From the NCBI GenBank assembly GCA_963775425.1, contig CAVZJB010000004.1, positions 480,001-544,000 on the forward strand: 64,000 bases of DNA, given 5' to 3'. The translations under genes were made by a program, and so were the position numbers. Each line of letters begins with the position of its first letter. Within the stretch, counting starts at the first letter, position 1. Below the pieces are notes generated by a model. It worked only from the letters and a program-made list of their open reading frames with translations, did not search any database and was not told where the DNA came from. Origin of the DNA: an uncultured delta proteobacterium. GTDB lineage: Bacteria; Myxococcota; UBA727; VGSZ01. Positions 1 to 9,056 of this stretch are shown here, one piece after another.

Positions 1-519
1 CAGCTCGCCGCTCTTCTTTCCGTCCTCGAAGATCTTGGCGATGCTCTTGAAGACGCGCGCCACCTGCGGCTTCTCCAGCGCCTCCCCGAGGCGCGCGTTG
101 CGGCCGAACTCGAGGACGAGCACCTTCACCTCGAGGGGCGCCATCTCGAACGCGGAGAACGCCAGGTCGATGATCTGGCCGAGCTTGTCGACCATGGAAA
201 GCTCGGCCGCGACGATCTCGTCGATGGCCTTGGCGAAGAAGGCCCAGTTGGCGTCGAAGACGGCGGCGAGGAGGCCGTCCTTGTTGCCGTAGTAGTGGTA
301 GACGAGGCCGTAGGCGACGCCGGCCTCCTCGGCGACGTCCGAGATGCGGCAGCCGTGGTACCCCTTCTCCGCGAAGACCTTCACGGCCGCCCGCAGGATC
401 TGCTTTCTCCGATCATCTTTTGCGTCCCTCGCTTTGTCGTCGCGAGACGGCCTGCGGGCCGCCGGCGCGCGGACGGGCGCGGGGGTCGTGCGTGCTCTCG
501 TGTGTGCGGGTCTCGCCAT
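1..519 (-). CDS. TetR/AcrR family transcriptional regulator (3' end runs off the window)
   Basis: Not in the ORF track; translated by hand from ATG at 519 (GGAGG upstream): ...RRKQILRAAVKVFAEKGYHGCRISDVAEEAGVAYGLVYHYYGNKDGLL, a TetR HTH. Open to position 1. Confidence 0.9.
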   Translation of the reverse strand, partial: MARPAHTRARTTPAPVRAPAARRPSRDDKARDAKDDRRKQILRAAVKVFAEKGYHGCRISDVAEEAGVAYGLVYHYYGNKDGLLAAVFDANWAFFAKAIDEIVAAELSMVDKLGQIIDLAFSAFEMAPLEVKVLVLEFGRNARLGEALEKPQVARVFKSIAKIFEDGKKSGEL

Positions 520-607
520 TGGACACCGCCTCCTCGCTTTTGCGAGCATCGTGCTCGAGGGATCGAAAAGACCTTTGAACCAGCCAGGTCGAAGAGGATT
601 GACTGCA

Positions 608-1384
608 ATGTCAATACCGACGCTTGACACGCGCGTCAAGCGATTCCTCGTCGTGGGGAGCTGTTTCCTCTTGGGAGCGACGGCGCACGCCGACGTCTCG
701 AAGAGGTTGCGCGACGGGCTCTCGGCGTCGTCGCCCAAGGTGCGCATCGTGGCGGTGTCGGCGGTGGCCCGCTCGAAGGATCCGTCCGCGCGCGCGCTCC
801 TCGAGCCGATGCTGCGCGACTCCGACGCCGCCGTGCGCGCCGCCGTCATCGCCGGCCTCGGCAACCTCGGGGACCCGGCGGCGGTGCCTGCGCTGGAGGC
901 GCTGCGCGACGACGACGACACCGTGAAGGCGGTGCTCGCGCGGGTGCTCCCCAAGCTGGAGGCGCTGCGCGTCCACGTCTACATCGGCACCGGCGAGGAC
1001 AAGAGCGGCGCGGGCATCGGCGACCTCGCGCAGCTCCTCGCCGAAAAGACCGAGGCCTCCGTGCGGCAGAGGCTCGGGCCGGCGTTCGACGTCCACCACG
1101 ATCCGTCGAAGGAGAGCTTCGGCGCGGCCTCGCTCATCATCCGCTCCATCGACCAGCACGCCGACGGCGGCAACACGTTCGTCGACGTGCAGTGCGAGCT
1201 CACGCTCGTCGAGATGCCCAAGCGGACGCTGCGGGGAGCGCTCGCGAGCACCGCCAGCGTCGGGGTCGCCGGCCCCGTGAGCAAGAAGCTCATGGCCGAG
1301 CTCGCGCACGACGGCGTCAACGCCTGCGCGCCCGAGCTCGCCGACGACTTCGTCTCCTACATCCGCCAGCACGCCCGCCGCTGA
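608..1384 (+). CDS. Secreted HEAT-repeat protein
   Basis: Signal-like N-terminus (FLVVGSCFLLGATAHA|D); HEAT-like repeats PKVRIVAVSAVAR and LRDSDAAVRAAVIAGLGNLGDPAAVPAL. Start uncertain. Confidence 0.7.
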   Translation: MSIPTLDTRVKRFLVVGSCFLLGATAHADVSKRLRDGLSASSPKVRIVAVSAVARSKDPSARALLEPMLRDSDAAVRAAVIAGLGNLGDPAAVPALEALRDDDDTVKAVLARVLPKLEALRVHVYIGTGEDKSGAGIGDLAQLLAEKTEASVRQRLGPAFDVHHDPSKESFGAASLIIRSIDQHADGGNTFVDVQCELTLVEMPKRTLRGALASTASVGVAGPVSKKLMAELAHDGVNACAPELADDFVSYIRQHARR

Positions 1385-3478
1385 CTAGCGGCGACGGCGG
1401 CGCCCGCCCCGATCGCGGCCGCGGCCACGGGGGCTGCGGCCGCCCCCGCCCGAGGCGGCGACGGCGCGCATGCGCGGGCCGCGCTCGGAGAGCCGGGGCT
1501 GGCGATAGGAGGCGTTGGCCGCCTGCGCCACCACCTTCCACAGGCCAATCTCGTCGAGGGGCGCGCCCGCGGCGTGCAGCCGCAGCGTGTACAGCAGCAG
1601 CGACTCCTTGAAGCTCGGCCTGTGCACCACCTGGCGCGCCTGCTGCCCGTAGCGGCGGTGCGGCAGGAGGTCTTCCTGGCCGGCCAGGATCTGCGGGATG
1701 CGCTCGCGGTCGTGGCGCGTGAGGCGGATGCGCTCCATCCACTGTTGCGTGGCGTCCTCGAACCAGGGCTCGAAGTCGGTGGTGGACGCCGACATCGCCT
1801 CCCACACCGGCGCCAGGAGCACCGCAAAGGCCGCCGCGCTCGACATGTCGAGGTCGCGCTTCTTCCCCTCGTCGAGGGTGGTCAACAGCGCGTTCAGCCG
1901 CGCGCGCCGCTCGGCCGGCGTGGTCGGCGCCGGCGGCGGCGCGGGCTCGGCGCGCACGAAGATGCGCGGTGCGACCGACGCGTCGCCGGGCTCGCCCTCG
2001 GCGACGCTGGGCGCGGCGGCGCCCTCGGGCGCCTCCTCAGCAGCGGCCGGCAGGGCGGCGGGCGCGGCGTCCTCGGGGGCGTCGCCTGCCTCCGTCTCGG
2101 CCGGGGCCGCGGCGGCGCCCTCGTCGCCTGGCGCGGCGGCGGCGGCCGGCGCAGCGTCCTCGTCGGCGACCGGGGCCGGGGCGGGGACCGGGGCCGGCGG
2201 GGGCGTGAACGGACGCGCCTCGAGCGGCATGTCGAGGGCGTCCTCGAGCTCGCCGAGGATGGCGCGGCAGACGCCCACCTCGTTGCAGAGGTCCACCGAC
2301 GCCCGGGCGTGGCCCGAGGTCAACAGCCGCAAGAGCTCCTCCTGCAGCCGCGCCGGCGCGCAGCGGACGAGCTCGCCGACGTGCGCCTTCATCGCCGCGA
2401 ACGTCTCCTCCTCGATGGTGAAGCCGAGGCGGGTGGCGAACTTGATGGCGCGCAGGATGCGAACGGGGTCCTCGCGGAAGCGCACCTCGGGGTTGCCGAT
2501 GGTGCGGATGAGGCGCGAGTCGAGGTCGCGGCGGCCGTCGACGAAGTCGAGCACCTTGCCCTGGAGCGGGTCGTAGAAGAGGCCGTTGACAGTGAGGTCG
2601 CGCCGGCGCGCGTCCTGCTCCACGTTGCCGAACACGTTGTCGCGCTCGACGAGGAGATCCTGCGGCAGGTCCTCGAGCTCGTCGATGGGGTTGGCGCGGA
2701 AGGTGGCGGTCTCGATGACCTTCCCCGAGGGGAAGAACACGTGGGCCAGACGGAAGCGGCGGCCCACCAGACGGCAGTTGCGGAACACCGCCTTCACCTG
2801 GTTCGGGTGCGCCGCGGTGGCGACGTCGAAGTCCTTGGGCGTGCGCCCGAGGAGCAGATCGCGCACACAGCCGCCCGTGAGGTACGCCTCGTAGCCCTTG
2901 GCGTGCAGCCGCTTCACCACCCACAGCGCGTCCTGGTCGACGAGCTGCAGCGGGATCTCCGGGGGGCCCTCGGGCTGGGGCTCGGGCCGGTCGCCCTCGG
3001 CGGGGCCGTCGTCGGCGTGGGCGACGACGTTGAAGTGCACGGGCATGTCGTCGTCGTCTTCGTCGTCGTCGCCCTCGAAGGCGCTCTCGTCGACGACCGC
3101 GGGGTGGCCGCCCTCGCTCTCGCTCTCACCGGCGTTGTCGTCGTCGTCGTCGCCGGGCTCGCGAGGCCCGGCATCGTCATGCCCGGCGTCGTCATGCCCG
3201 GCGTCGTCATGCGCGGCCTCTTCGCGCCCAGCCTCGTCGCGCCCAGCCTCGTCGCGCCCAGCCTCGTCGCGCCCAGCCTCGTCGCGCCCAGCCTCGTCGC
3301 GCCCAGCCTCGTCGCGCCCGGCCTCGTCGCGCCCGGCCTCGTCGCGCCCGGCCTCTTCGTGCTCGGCCTCGTCGTGCTCGGCCTCGTCGTGCTCGGCCTC
3401 GTCGTGCTCGGTGTCGTCGTGCTCGGTCTCGTTCACGTTCTCGTTCTCGTTGTCGTTGTCGTTGTCGTTGTCAGGCAT
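1385..3478 (-). CDS. pcnB: Poly(A) polymerase I with acidic repetitive N-terminal extension
   Basis: YLTGGCVRDLLLGRTPKDFDVAT, the PAP-specific LVGRRFRLAHV motif, DARRRDLTVNGLFY, FREDPVRILRA and a basic C-terminal tail. Start MPDND at 3478. Confidence 0.92.
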   Translation of the reverse strand: MPDNDNDNDNENENVNETEHDDTEHDEAEHDEAEHDEAEHEEAGRDEAGRDEAGRDEAGRDEAGRDEAGRDEAGRDEAGRDEAGREEAAHDDAGHDDAGHDDAGPREPGDDDDDNAGESESEGGHPAVVDESAFEGDDDEDDDDMPVHFNVVAHADDGPAEGDRPEPQPEGPPEIPLQLVDQDALWVVKRLHAKGYEAYLTGGCVRDLLLGRTPKDFDVATAAHPNQVKAVFRNCRLVGRRFRLAHVFFPSGKVIETATFRANPIDELEDLPQDLLVERDNVFGNVEQDARRRDLTVNGLFYDPLQGKVLDFVDGRRDLDSRLIRTIGNPEVRFREDPVRILRAIKFATRLGFTIEEETFAAMKAHVGELVRCAPARLQEELLRLLTSGHARASVDLCNEVGVCRAILGELEDALDMPLEARPFTPPPAPVPAPAPVADEDAAPAAAAAPGDEGAAAAPAETEAGDAPEDAAPAALPAAAEEAPEGAAAPSVAEGEPGDASVAPRIFVRAEPAPPPAPTTPAERRARLNALLTTLDEGKKRDLDMSSAAAFAVLLAPVWEAMSASTTDFEPWFEDATQQWMERIRLTRHDRERIPQILAGQEDLLPHRRYGQQARQVVHRPSFKESLLLYTLRLHAAGAPLDEIGLWKVVAQAANASYRQPRLSERGPRMRAVAASGGGGRSPRGRGRDRGGRRRRR
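3172..3470 (-). repeat. In-frame 15-bp tandem repeats encoding (H/R)DEA(E/G) and HDDAG pentapeptides in the pcnB N-terminus
   Basis: gcctcgtcgcgccc(a/g) about 8 copies, gcctcgtcgtgctcg about 3-4 copies and gcgtcgtcatgcccg-type units, directly visible. Confidence 0.9.
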
Positions 3479-3537
3479 CGCTGTCGTTCTCCGTGTCGCG
3501 GGGCCGGCGACGAACGCCGCCCGGCCGCCGCGGCGCC

Positions 3538-4320
3538 CTACGTCTTTCTCGCGGGCGTGTTGTTGAGGGCCCAGATGTGTCGAAGGCCGTCGAGGGTGAG
3601 GAACTCGTCGTACGCCTCGAGCGTGCGAGAGACTCCCTCGAACAGGAACGCCAGGCCGCCGGTGGCGACCACCTTGGCGCGGGGCTCGAGCTCCGCCTTC
3701 ATGCGCTCCACGAGCGCGTCCACGAGGCCGGCATAGCCGTACAAGAGCCCCGATTGCAGCGCGTGGATGGTGTTCTTCCCGATGGCCCTGGGTGGCTTCT
3801 TGAGCTCCACGCGCGGCAGCTTGGCCGCCCGCGTGAACAATGCGTCCATCGAGATGTCGAGACCCGGCGCGATGGCCCCGCCAACGTATTCGCCCTTGGC
3901 GTTGACGGCGTCGAGGTTGGTGCCGGTGCCGAAGTCGACGACGACGAGCGCTTGCTTGTAGCGCGCCCACGCCGCCACGGCGTTCACGATGCGGTCCGCC
4001 CCGACCTCCACGGGGTTGTCGATGAGGATGGGCATCCCCGTCTTGGTCCCCGGGCCCACCACCACCGCCGTCTTGCCGAACGCGCCCGTGAGCGCCTCGA
4101 CGATCACGCGGTTGAGCGGCGGCACCACCGAGGCGAGCACACATCCCTCCACGGCGGCCGGTTGGACGCCGCGGCGCTCGACCAGGGAGAGCACCAGCTC
4201 GCCCATCTCGTCGGCCGTGGCCGAGCGGTTCGTCGAGATACGGAAGTGGTGCTTGAGGGACTCCCCTTCGTACAGGCCGATGACCGTATTTGTGTTCCCG
4301 ACGTCGAGGACGAACAGCAC
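3538..4320 (-). CDS. coaX: Type III pantothenate kinase
   Basis: LDVGNTNT, EVGADRIVNA, VVDFGTGT, GGAIAPG, VATGG and LTLDGL motifs. Confidence 0.95.
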   Translation of the reverse strand: MLFVLDVGNTNTVIGLYEGESLKHHFRISTNRSATADEMGELVLSLVERRGVQPAAVEGCVLASVVPPLNRVIVEALTGAFGKTAVVVGPGTKTGMPILIDNPVEVGADRIVNAVAAWARYKQALVVVDFGTGTNLDAVNAKGEYVGGAIAPGLDISMDALFTRAAKLPRVELKKPPRAIGKNTIHALQSGLLYGYAGLVDALVERMKAELEPRAKVVATGGLAFLFEGVSRTLEAYDEFLTLDGLRHIWALNNTPARKT

Positions 4321-4375
4321 GTGAATCTCCGGGCCTCTCTAGCATCCCCCCTTGCGGTTGGGTACAGGCATCGAC

Positions 4376-5425
4376 GTGCCGCCCACCGCCGGACCCTACG
4401 CCCACGTGCGCATCGAGGGCCTCGCCCACGCCGTCCCGCCGCACCGCGTGACCTCGCAAGCCATCGAGGACCGGCTCGACGCCACGTACCGGCGCCTCGG
4501 GATCCCCGCGGGCTGCATCGAGACCCTCGTCGGCATCATCGCCCGCCGGTTCTGGGATGAAGGCGCCCCCATCGCCGACCTCGCCAGCGGGGTGGCGAAA
4601 AAGGTGCTCGCCGACGCCGCGGGCGGCCGCGGCGGCGAGGACCTGTCGGCCCGCATCGGCGCCGTGATCTCGACGTCGGTGTGCAAGGACTTCATCGAGC
4701 CCTCGGTGGCCGCGCTCGTGCGCGGACAGCTCCGGCTGCCCGCCGAGTGCGAGGCCATCGACGTCGGCAACGCCTGCCTCGGCTTCATGAACGGCATGGA
4801 GCTGGCGGCGCAGTGGATCGAGCTCGGCAAGGTGGACGCCGCCCTCGTCGTCGACGCCGAGTCCTCTCGCACGGTGGTCGACCGCACCGTCGAACGGCTG
4901 CAGCGGCCCACGTCCACCATGCAGGACTTCAAGGAGGCGCTGCCCACCCTCACGCTTGGCTCGGGCGCGGTGGCCATGCTCCTCGTGCACGAGTCCATCG
5001 CCACCACCGATCACCGCCTCGGCGGCGCGGTGGCGCTGTCGGATCCGGCGTCGTCCACGATCTGCCTCGGCACCGCCGAGTGGATGAAGACGGACGCGCA
5101 GAAGCTCCTGCAAAACGGCGTGGAGCTCGCCGCGCGCACGTGGGCGCGGGCGGCGGAGCGCCTCGGCTGGACGCGCGACAACCTCGCCCAGCTCATCTGC
5201 CACCAGGTCGGCGCCACGCACATGGCCACGCTCTTCAAGCGGCTCGACCTCGACCTCGACAAGGCGTTCCTCACCTACCCCGAGCTCGGCAACATCGGGC
5301 CGGCGGCGGTTCCGCTCACGCTCGGCCTCGCCGTCGACGAGGGACGCGTCAAGCCCGGCGACACGGTCGCCCTCATGGGCATCGGCTCGGGCCTGTCGTG
5401 CATGATGATGGAGGTCTCGTGGTAG
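4376..5425 (+). CDS. oleA: OleA acyl-CoA condensing enzyme (thiolase/KAS III fold)
   Basis: FIEPSVA (catalytic Glu), NACLGFMNG (Cys), HQVG (His), GNIGPA (Asn), LTLGSGAVAM; first gene of the ole operon. Start GTG 4376 or TTG 4352. Confidence 0.9.
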   Translation: MPPTAGPYAHVRIEGLAHAVPPHRVTSQAIEDRLDATYRRLGIPAGCIETLVGIIARRFWDEGAPIADLASGVAKKVLADAAGGRGGEDLSARIGAVISTSVCKDFIEPSVAALVRGQLRLPAECEAIDVGNACLGFMNGMELAAQWIELGKVDAALVVDAESSRTVVDRTVERLQRPTSTMQDFKEALPTLTLGSGAVAMLLVHESIATTDHRLGGAVALSDPASSTICLGTAEWMKTDAQKLLQNGVELAARTWARAAERLGWTRDNLAQLICHQVGATHMATLFKRLDLDLDKAFLTYPELGNIGPAAVPLTLGLAVDEGRVKPGDTVALMGIGSGLSCMMMEVSW

Positions 5426-6429
5426 CGCAGCCCGTCCCCGCCGCCGCAGGCGCGCCCGCCGCCTCCCCGCTCGTCGACGAGGCGATCCCCCGGCCCCACG
5501 CGCCGCAGGAGATCGTGGTGCCGCGCGCGACGTCGTGGAGCGCCGAGTACCCCTTCGCCTCGCACTTCTTCGACGCGCGCGCCCCCGGCGCCGCCGACCC
5601 GCTGTGGATGCACGTCGTCGACGAGGGCCCGCGCGACGCGCCCGTCGTCGTCATGCTCCACGGAAACCCCACGTGGAGCTTCTACTGGCGCAAGCTCGTG
5701 CTCGCGCTGCGCGACCGCTATCGCTGCATCGTCCCCGACCACATCGGCTGCGGCCTGTCCGATCGCCCGCAGGCGTGGCCCTACCGGCTCGCGGACCACG
5801 TCGAAAACGTCGAGAAGCTCCTCGACGCGCTCGGCGTCTCGCGCTTCTCGCTCGCGGTGCATGACTGGGGCGGCGCCATCGGCATGGGGGTGGCCACCGA
5901 GCGGCCCGCCGCCGTCGAAAAGCTCGTCGTCACCAACACCGCGGCGTTTCGCTCCACCGAGATCCCGGCGTCCATCGCGTCAGTGCGCATCCCGGTGTTC
6001 GGCCGCGTCGCGGTCCTGCGCTTCAACGCGTTCGCCTTCGCCGCCACCTTCCGCGCCGTCGAAAACAAGCTGCCCGCGGCGGCGAAGGCGGGGCTGCTGG
6101 CGCCGTACGGAAACCCCCACGACCGCATCGCCACGCTGCGCTTCGTCGAGGACATCCCGATGAAGCCGGCGCACCCGTCGTGGGATCGCCTCGGGCGCAT
6201 CGAGGAGAAGCTGCCGCTCCTCGCCGACAAGCCGATGCAGATCCTGTGGGGCGACGCCGACTTCTGCTTCACGCCCAGCTTCCGCGCCTCATGGCAGCAG
6301 CGCTTCCCGCGCGCCACCGTCCACGCGTGGAAGGACGTCGGCCACTACGTCATGGAGGACGCGGCCGAACGCGTGCTCCCGCTCGTCGACGCTTTCCTCG
6401 GCGCCGCCGGGCCGCGGGGCGAGGCCTGA
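5419..6429 (+). CDS. oleB: OleB beta-lactone decarboxylase (haloalkane dehalogenase-like alpha/beta hydrolase)
   Basis: HGNPTWSF, PDHIGCGLS, VHDWGG (Asp nucleophile), GHY; GTG start after GGAGGT, overlapping the oleA stop. Confidence 0.88.
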   Translation: MVAQPVPAAAGAPAASPLVDEAIPRPHAPQEIVVPRATSWSAEYPFASHFFDARAPGAADPLWMHVVDEGPRDAPVVVMLHGNPTWSFYWRKLVLALRDRYRCIVPDHIGCGLSDRPQAWPYRLADHVENVEKLLDALGVSRFSLAVHDWGGAIGMGVATERPAAVEKLVVTNTAAFRSTEIPASIASVRIPVFGRVAVLRFNAFAFAATFRAVENKLPAAAKAGLLAPYGNPHDRIATLRFVEDIPMKPAHPSWDRLGRIEEKLPLLADKPMQILWGDADFCFTPSFRASWQQRFPRATVHAWKDVGHYVMEDAAERVLPLVDAFLGAAGPRGEA

Positions 6430-6432
6430 GCC

Positions 6433-8004
6433 ATGAACACGGTCGAAGGCATCCGCGCCTTTGCCGAGACGCAGCCGGACACGCGCGCGCTCGTCGACAT
6501 GAAGACCGGCGCCTCGCGCACCTTCGCCGAGCTCGTGCGCGACCTCGACGGCATCGCTGCGGCCCTCCGCCGAGCCGGCGTCCGCCCCGGCGACCGCACC
6601 GCGCTGTTCGTCTCTGAGCCGGTCGCGCTCACCACCACGATGTTCGCCTGCTTTCAAGCCGGCGCCGTCCCCGTGCTCATCGACCCCGGCATGGGCCTCG
6701 ACAACATGCTCGCGTGCGTCCGCGAGCAGCGCCCCCGGGTGCTCATCGGCGTCCCGAAGGCGCACGTGTTGCGGACGGTGGCCCGGCGGGCGTTCGCCTC
6801 CGTCGAGGTGCCGCTGGTCGTCGGCGGCGCGTTCCCCGGCGCCCGCCGCTTGCGCGCGGGATCCGGCGGCGACGCCGCCGACGCGGCCGTCCACGCCGCC
6901 GCCCCCGCCGACACCGCGGCCATCCTGTACACCTCCGGCAGCACCGGGCCGCCCAAGGGCGTCATCTACACGCACGCGAACTTCGCCGGCCAGCCCTCGG
7001 CCATCGCCGAGATGATCGACCTGCGCCCCGGAGACGTGCACGTCGCGTGCTTCCTGCCGTTCGGCTTCATCGCCGTCGCCATGGGGCTCACGGCGGTGTT
7101 CCCCGACATGGACTTCCGCTTTCCGGCCAAGGCCGACCCGCGAAAGATCCTGGCGGCGCTCGAGGGGGCGCGGAGCGCGTTCGCGTCGCCGGCCTTGTGG
7201 GAGCCCTTCTCGCTCTTCCTCGAACGCGAGCACGTGGAGCTCCCGGGGCTCGCGCAGGTGCTCACCGCGGGCGCGCCCGTGCGCCCCGAGCTGCACGAGC
7301 GCCTGCTCGCGCACCTGCCTGCCGGCGACGTCTTCACCCCGTACGGCGCCACCGAGGCGCTGCCGGTGAGCGTGATGAGCGGCCGCGCCGTCGTCGACGA
7401 GACGGCGGCGCTCACGCGGCAGGGCAAGGGCACCTGCGTGGGCCGCATCGCGCCCGGCGTCGAGGTGAAGATCCTCGCCGTCAGCGACGACGCCGTCCAA
7501 TCCATCGACGGCGCCCGCGAGCTCCCGCGCGGCGAGATCGGGGAGATCGTCGTGCGCGGCGCGTGCGTCACGCGCGGCTACGACAACAAGCCCGACGCCA
7601 ACCGCCTCTCCAAGATCCCCGACGGGGACACCGTGTGGCACCGTATGGGCGACGTCGGCTACCTCGACGACGCCGGCCGCCTGTGGTTCTGCGGTCGCAA
7701 GGCGCAGCGGGTGGAGACGGCGCGCGGGCCGCTGTACTCCATCCCCGTGGAGGCCGTCGCCGAGGACGGCGGCCGTCCACGCGCGGCGCTCGTGGGCCTG
7801 GGGCCGCGGGGCAGGCAGGCGGCGGTGGTCGTCGTCGAGCGCGGCCGCGACGCGCCGGAGCCGGCCGCGCTCGGCGTGCACGCGGCGCTCGCGTACGGCG
7901 ACGCGTTCCCCGTCGACCGCCGCCACAACGCCAAGATCGAGCGCGAGGTGCTGGCGGCGTGGGCGGCCAGGCGCCTGCCCCACCTCGCCGGCGGCGTGCC
8001 GTGA
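6433..8004 (+). CDS. oleC: OleC beta-lactone synthetase (AMP-dependent ligase)
   Basis: YTSGSTGPPKG, YGATEALP, WHRMGDVG and the OleC-type C-terminal FPVDRRHNAKI. Confidence 0.9.
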   Translation: MNTVEGIRAFAETQPDTRALVDMKTGASRTFAELVRDLDGIAAALRRAGVRPGDRTALFVSEPVALTTTMFACFQAGAVPVLIDPGMGLDNMLACVREQRPRVLIGVPKAHVLRTVARRAFASVEVPLVVGGAFPGARRLRAGSGGDAADAAVHAAAPADTAAILYTSGSTGPPKGVIYTHANFAGQPSAIAEMIDLRPGDVHVACFLPFGFIAVAMGLTAVFPDMDFRFPAKADPRKILAALEGARSAFASPALWEPFSLFLEREHVELPGLAQVLTAGAPVRPELHERLLAHLPAGDVFTPYGATEALPVSVMSGRAVVDETAALTRQGKGTCVGRIAPGVEVKILAVSDDAVQSIDGARELPRGEIGEIVVRGACVTRGYDNKPDANRLSKIPDGDTVWHRMGDVGYLDDAGRLWFCGRKAQRVETARGPLYSIPVEAVAEDGGRPRAALVGLGPRGRQAAVVVVERGRDAPEPAALGVHAALAYGDAFPVDRRHNAKIEREVLAAWAARRLPHLAGGVP

Positions 8005-9032
8005 AGGTGCTCGTCACCGGCGGCGGTGGCTTCGTCGGTTTCAAGGTCGTCGAAATGTTGCGCAAGCGCGGCGACGACGTCCGCGTGATCGCGCGGGGCG
8101 AGCACCCGCGGGTGGTCGGCGCCGGGGCGGAGCTCGTGCGCGGCGACCTCGCCGACAAGGAGGTGGCGCCGGCCGGCGTCGACGGCGTGGACGCGGTGGT
8201 GCACGTGGCCGCCAAGGCCGGCGTGTGGGGAGACCCGGCGGACTACGAGCGCTCCAACGTCACCGCCACCCAGAACGTGATCGACGCGTGCGTGGCCGCC
8301 GGGGTGGATCGGCTGGTGATGACCTCGTCGCCCTCGGTGACCTTCCACGGCGGGGACACGCTGAACGGAGATGAGTCGCTTCCGTATGCGTCGAAGCATC
8401 TCTACCACTACGGCCGCACCAAGGCCGAGTCCGAGCGGCGGGTGCTCAAGGCCAACGCCACGCCGCACAAGAAGGGCCCGGGCGTGCTCCTCACGTGCGC
8501 CCTGCGCCCGCACCTCGTCTACGGCCCGGGCGATCCGCACATCCTGCCGCGCCTGGTGTCCCGGGCGAAGGCGGGGCGGCTCGCGTGGATCGGCAGCGGC
8601 AAGAACGTCGTCGACGTCACCTACGTCGACAACGCGGCCCACGCGCACCTGCTGGCGCTCGACGCGCTGGGGGCGGACAAGGCAAAGCCCGCGGGCAAGG
8701 CGTACTTCATCTCCCAGGGCACGCCCGTGAGCCCGCCGGCGTGGGTGAACCGCATCCTCAAGGACATCGGCCTCGCCGAGGTCACGCGCAAGGTGCCCTA
8801 TCCGGTGGCCTACGCCCTCGGCGGCGTGCTCGAAGGCGCGTGGTCGCTCTTCGGCTTGAAGGGCGAGCCGATGATGACCCGCTTCATGGCCGCCGAGCTC
8901 GCCACCAGCCACACCTACGACCTGACGGCGGCGCGCCGCGACCTCGGCTACGAGCCCATCGTCGACGACGACGAGGCCCACGAGCGCGCCGTCGCGTGGT
9001 TGAGGTCCGAGCTCACGGCCGGCAGGCTCTGA
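8001..9032 (+). CDS. oleD: OleD 2-alkyl-3-oxoalkanoate reductase (3-beta-HSD-like extended SDR)
   Basis: VLVTGGGGFVG, HVAAKAGVWG, TSSPSV, YGRTK, LRPHLVYGPGD; GTGA overlap with oleC. Confidence 0.9.
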   Translation: MKVLVTGGGGFVGFKVVEMLRKRGDDVRVIARGEHPRVVGAGAELVRGDLADKEVAPAGVDGVDAVVHVAAKAGVWGDPADYERSNVTATQNVIDACVAAGVDRLVMTSSPSVTFHGGDTLNGDESLPYASKHLYHYGRTKAESERRVLKANATPHKKGPGVLLTCALRPHLVYGPGDPHILPRLVSRAKAGRLAWIGSGKNVVDVTYVDNAAHAHLLALDALGADKAKPAGKAYFISQGTPVSPPAWVNRILKDIGLAEVTRKVPYPVAYALGGVLEGAWSLFGLKGEPMMTRFMAAELATSHTYDLTAARRDLGYEPIVDDDEAHERAVAWLRSELTAGRL

Positions 9033-9056
9033 CGGCGCGATGCGGGGCGCCGTCGC

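Noticed and set aside
1385-5221. 1278-aa ORF as one giant protein
   Set aside because: The upstream part is antisense to oleA and off-frame over coaX; the real gene is pcnB from 3478.
5419-6429. Haloalkane dehalogenase (xenobiotic degradation)
   Set aside because: Its position between oleA and oleC indicates OleB.
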